From positions 2,816,001-2,880,000 of the forward strand of contig CP084167.1 in assembly GCA_021513715.1 (NCBI GenBank): a DNA stretch of 64,000 bases, given 5' to 3'. Position 1 is the stretch's first letter; every line of letters starts with the position of its first letter. A program made the translations under genes and the position numbers. Below, in pieces: positions 60,244 to 64,000 of this stretch. The notes beneath the pieces are model-generated. The model was not told where the DNA came from, searched no databases, and saw only the letters and a list, made by a program, of their open reading frames with translations. This DNA comes from Candidatus Heimdallarchaeum endolithica. Its GTDB lineage: Archaea; Asgardarchaeota; Heimdallarchaeia; Heimdallarchaeales; Heimdallarchaeaceae.

Positions 60244-61253
60244 TGTTTACTCAATAGACTTGGGTTACACTTTTGGGTACTAGAGAAACATAGGGGTGAT
60301 TCATAAATCTTTCTCCTGGGGTGAGGAAGTTAAGAGATTGGTGAGGACGACTAAAATTGTAGTAAGAGCGGTAGTAGGAGAGATCTGCGTTGCAGTATTT
60401 TAGACCTAATCTTTCCATCTCACGGATGATTGTCCCATGTAGTCTTTCTACTTTTCCACATGTTTCGGGGTGAAAAACTCTAGCTCTGATGTGCTTTATT
60501 CCTTCTGTTTGACACCAACGGGAGAAGGTACTTGTTCCTCCTCTAACGGAAGAGAAGAGTGCTCCATTGTCAGTAAGTATAGACTCGGGGTAACCGTACT
60601 CTTTTATTGCTTCCTCTAGCAAACTTATTATCTGCTCTTTTTTTGGTGCAAAAGGGTGGAATTCAGCTCCCAGACAGAATCGTGAGTGGTCGTCTATCAA
60701 GGTTATGAGGTGGAGATGTTGTCCCTGTTCTTCTACCCAGAATGGTCCTTTCACATCTATTTGCCAGAGTTCGTTAGGTTTTTGACGTTCAAAACTCTTG
60801 TATCGAGGTCTTTTCCTCTTTTTTCTATTAACCCATAAAGGAAGACCTAACTCTTTTATTACTTTCGTCACTGTCGTCTGAGAGAGTGCTTTTCCTTCTC
60901 TCTTCAACAAATAAGCTATCTTCTCCACATTCATTCCTTGTTTTATTCTTAACTCCCTTATCCTCTCTTTTAACTCCTCATCTACTTTCCTGTGTATAGT
61001 TTTTGGTCTGGAAGATCTATCTTTCCACCATACTCCTTCAGGGTTCTCTCTGAACCTCTTCAACCACTTATACACAAACTTCCTACTCACCATATACTTG
61101 TGAGCTACTTCTTTTATCTTCTCTCCTTCCAAAGCTTTTTTAACCACAATCTTTCTTAGTTTCTCCAGGTTACGTTCGTTTTTGTTCATAATATATCACT
61201 TACCCACGTAACCCACTTCTATTTATTTGTTACCAATGTGAGTTGAGTATACA
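60244..61253 (-). mobile_element. IS481-family insertion sequence, 1010 bp
   Basis: TGT...ACA ends. Imperfect 26-bp TIRs TGTTTACTCAATAGACTTGGGTTACA and TGTATACTCAACTCACATTGGTAACA. 16-bp direct repeat CTCTCCAGATTTTTTT (60228-60243 and 61254-61269). Confidence 0.93.
60251..61189 (-). CDS. IS481-family transposase (HTH + integrase core)
   Basis: VSRKFVYKW..RSSRP, ELWQID, IDDHSR, LTDNG, GKVERLH and YNFSRPHQSL. DDE intact. Confidence 0.95.
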   Translation of the reverse strand: MNKNERNLEKLRKIVVKKALEGEKIKEVAHKYMVSRKFVYKWLKRFRENPEGVWWKDRSSRPKTIHRKVDEELKERIRELRIKQGMNVEKIAYLLKREGKALSQTTVTKVIKELGLPLWVNRKKRKRPRYKSFERQKPNELWQIDVKGPFWVEEQGQHLHLITLIDDHSRFCLGAEFHPFAPKKEQIISLLEEAIKEYGYPESILTDNGALFSSVRGGTSTFSRWCQTEGIKHIRARVFHPETCGKVERLHGTIIREMERLGLKYCNADLSYYRSYYNFSRPHQSLNFLTPGERFMNHPYVSLVPKSVTQVY

Positions 61254-61324
61254 CTCTCCAGATTTTTTTATTTAATCTTATTTATTGTAATTTCTACTCT
61301 TTTCTAATAGTAAATATTGAAAAA

Positions 61325-62698
61325 TTAGATGAATCTTTTATAAATTAATTCAATTTTTCTTTTCCAATTTTCATATTCTTTATAAGTTTCAGGAAACTGC
61401 GAACAGAGTTTCTTTATTTGTTTTGTAGCGCTCAGAGCTTTTTTCATTAAAATTAGCAAGTAAAATTTAGGAAAGCAACGTATAACTCTAGCTAAAAGAG
61501 AAAAGATGCTTTCTTTCTTGCTTAGACCTTGAACAGATAAGTCAGATTGCTTGATTACTCCTCTTCTAATTAAAAACTCTAAATCCTCTGCCCCAATCCT
61601 TTTTAAAACAATAACTAGTATCTTATAGAGCGAATTATCACTTCCAAATTCCTTTATAACTTCAACATTATACTGCCACAAGTTATCAACATCATATTCT
61701 CCTTTTTCAATGGCTAGTTTAGCTACTTTTCCAGCTATTGTACCAGCAAGTAAAGCAGGACCATGTCCTTCTGCTGTAAGAGGGTCTGCATGAAAAGCAG
61801 CATCTCCTGCAATAATAAGACCTGGAGCAACAGCATTCCACAAAGGTGGTTGTACAGGAACTACGTCTCCTCTTCCATCAATAACTTCATATTCAGGATA
61901 ATATTTTCTTATAGCGTTAAAATAAACTTGTTTAACACTAAGCTGCTCATTTTGACCAACTTTTTGAAAACCTGTCCCACAATTTAATTTTTGTTTTCCA
62001 TCTCCAAAAAACCAAATATATCCAGGTTCTGGGATATTTCTCTCATATTGTAATACAATTTTTTGGTGTAAATCATGATCTTCCTTTAACTTTATTATCT
62101 CTCGAAAACATGAAGCATAGTCGTTTTTTGTGAGTTTTTTGTACAAGGATGGAGAAAAGTCTTCTGGTAAATTTGTTCTTATAACAGCACGACATCCACT
62201 AGCATCTATGGTTATTTTTGCTCTAAATTCTCTTTCTTCATTATTTTTAGTTTTTGCTATAACTCCCACTACTTTATTATTCTCAACTAAGGGTTTTATT
62301 ACTTTGCAATTATCAACTAATTGAACTTTTCTTGAAAGGGCTTCCTTAAGCAATCGTTGGCCATAAATATGACGATTTATCATAAAGCCAATGGCTGGTA
62401 ACTGTATATTTATTTCTGGTTTTCTTGTTCTAACTACCATTGTTCCTATTTTTGCATTTATTTCTTCTTCCTTCGGAGGTTCAATTTCTAACATTTTTGA
62501 AATTTTCAAAGAAGTTTTTTTAGATAATGCTTCCCCACAAACTTTATCTCCAATTTTCTCTTTAGGTTTAGTATCGATTAATATTACACTTAATTTTCTA
62601 TTGGCAGCACTAATGGCTGCTGAAACACCTGCAGGACCTGCGCCAACAATAACAACATCACTAGTGTTAGACATTAATTCAGAACGAGAGTTGAGCAT
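61325..62698 (-). CDS. Geranylgeranyl reductase family flavoprotein
   Basis: VGAGPAG, KVCGEAL, IDASG, PGYIWFF and GDAAFHADPLTAEG. Confidence 0.9.
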   Translation of the reverse strand: MLNSRSELMSNTSDVVIVGAGPAGVSAAISAANRKLSVILIDTKPKEKIGDKVCGEALSKKTSLKISKMLEIEPPKEEEINAKIGTMVVRTRKPEINIQLPAIGFMINRHIYGQRLLKEALSRKVQLVDNCKVIKPLVENNKVVGVIAKTKNNEEREFRAKITIDASGCRAVIRTNLPEDFSPSLYKKLTKNDYASCFREIIKLKEDHDLHQKIVLQYERNIPEPGYIWFFGDGKQKLNCGTGFQKVGQNEQLSVKQVYFNAIRKYYPEYEVIDGRGDVVPVQPPLWNAVAPGLIIAGDAAFHADPLTAEGHGPALLAGTIAGKVAKLAIEKGEYDVDNLWQYNVEVIKEFGSDNSLYKILVIVLKRIGAEDLEFLIRRGVIKQSDLSVQGLSKKESIFSLLARVIRCFPKFYLLILMKKALSATKQIKKLCSQFPETYKEYENWKRKIELIYKRFI

Positions 62699-62881
62699 TA
62701 AAAGATTTTCTCTCTTTTTTTTGTTTTATGTGTTGCTATAAAATACAATTAATCGCTATTTATATGTCTGTTTGTCTATATTACTGTGGTTTATTCTATA
62801 ACATATTTTGGTTTAGTTAATTACTCACCTTCCTATGAAACAAATTTTAAATAGACATATGATTTAATAAGATAGAAGAAA

Positions 62882-63985
62882 ATGGAAAAAGTAAAAATTG
62901 TCTTTTCAGTATTTGACGATACAGTGGGTTCAAGAGTTCTTCTATCACAAAATGTGTCTGAAGAAGAAGCTCAAAAAGTTTCAGTAAGAATGTTGATGGG
63001 TGCAGCAGCTACTGATATGCTAAAAGAAAGTTCAGCAGTTTTACCCCTTCATGACATGAGCGATGTAGCATATTCATTTTTCTTTGGTATCCCTTGTAAG
63101 TCAAAAAGGTCTCCTGTCACAATGGCTTGTTTAACGTTTATAATACCAGAAGATCTTCAATCTAAACTTTATACGAAGGTACCAGTTTTTAATTATCATT
63201 CTAGTACAGTAGCCAAACAAATAGCTGGTCTTATTTTATATGAACCTAGTTACAATTTAGATGAATCACTTAAACAGAGAGTATTCAAGTGGGCTGAAAA
63301 TCTAAAATCTATTATGGAAGCTAAACAAGATCAAATGGGTGGAGTTCAAACAATTGATATATTAAGATCAGCAGCAACGCCTTACTTCTTCATGAGGCTT
63401 GTGAATAAGGGACAAGAGTCAGTTGTAAGAGAATTAATGTTAGGTCGCCCAATTGTAGTTATATGTTCAAAAGAGATGGTGAAACCGTTTTTATCTTCAT
63501 TACAGTCATTCCAACCCAGAAGAGAATTGCTCGTTTCGCTCTATCCTGCAGAATATGTTCCTCCAGATCAATTTGATGTCCTTTTTGCAACTCCTGATCT
63601 GTTGTCTTCTTATCCTGACACACTTATTGTAGATTTAACAACAGGTGTAGCTAAAAATGGTCAAAACTGTCTATTCTGTAAAGAATTACTTAACAAGCTT
63701 CAACAAGATGCAGAAGCTGAGAACTATAATCATAAGGAAATAATTGATGTTGCAATAAGAAAAATGGAAGAAGAAGTAAGTAAGATTCTTAGATATTCTG
63801 GTTCATCAATTATTAGCCAATATTATGCGCTAACAACAAATCCAAAACAACAATTTGCTAATCTTACTGATAGCGAAATCGACATGGCTTTTACAATTGC
63901 TTTATCTAGATATCCTGAATATGCTCAAAAAATCGACAAGTTATACCAGGAATTGACTGGAAAGAAAAGAAAATTCACTGTTTAA
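62882..63985 (+). CDS. DENN-like protein (uDENN/longin + cDENN-like + helical domain)
   Basis: N-terminal IVFSVFDDTVGSRV (uDENN/NPR2-like) and central RELMLGRPIVVIC...FLSSLQSF (cDENN-like). Confidence 0.6.
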   Translation: MEKVKIVFSVFDDTVGSRVLLSQNVSEEEAQKVSVRMLMGAAATDMLKESSAVLPLHDMSDVAYSFFFGIPCKSKRSPVTMACLTFIIPEDLQSKLYTKVPVFNYHSSTVAKQIAGLILYEPSYNLDESLKQRVFKWAENLKSIMEAKQDQMGGVQTIDILRSAATPYFFMRLVNKGQESVVRELMLGRPIVVICSKEMVKPFLSSLQSFQPRRELLVSLYPAEYVPPDQFDVLFATPDLLSSYPDTLIVDLTTGVAKNGQNCLFCKELLNKLQQDAEAENYNHKEIIDVAIRKMEEEVSKILRYSGSSIISQYYALTTNPKQQFANLTDSEIDMAFTIALSRYPEYAQKIDKLYQELTGKKRKFTV

Positions 63986-64000
63986 CAAAAATAATTACTT

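Overview
AT-rich archaeal chromosome window, most likely an Asgard archaeon of the Heimdallarchaeia (inferred from GatDE, class I LysRS, Rpo6 and eL42 together with four Rab/Arf-like small GTPases, several longin-domain proteins and a DENN-like protein). It is mostly housekeeping and eukaryotic-signature genes, interrupted by an IS5/IS4-like pseudo-element, a tnpB-only element, a 353-bp non-coding relative of that element, and an intact IS481. The most striking signal is non-coding. The 5S rRNA gene at ~13.75-13.93 kb (minus strand) is circularly permuted: the canonical 3' half precedes the 5' half, the normal ends are joined by a UUCG loop, and the new ends lie in a bulge-helix-bulge-like register whose canonical cleavage and ligation would rebuild a 121-nt, probably covalently circular, 5S rRNA. 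Other notable items: an intron-containing tRNA-His with a eukaryote-type A73 and no encoded G-1; a box C/D sRNA whose D guide matches the LSU site equivalent to yeast Am2946; a giant Lhr helicase with a paralogue of its own C-terminus; a catalytically dead NSUN6-like protein; and tandem cellulose-synthase-like genes. All calls come from manual reading; no searches were run.
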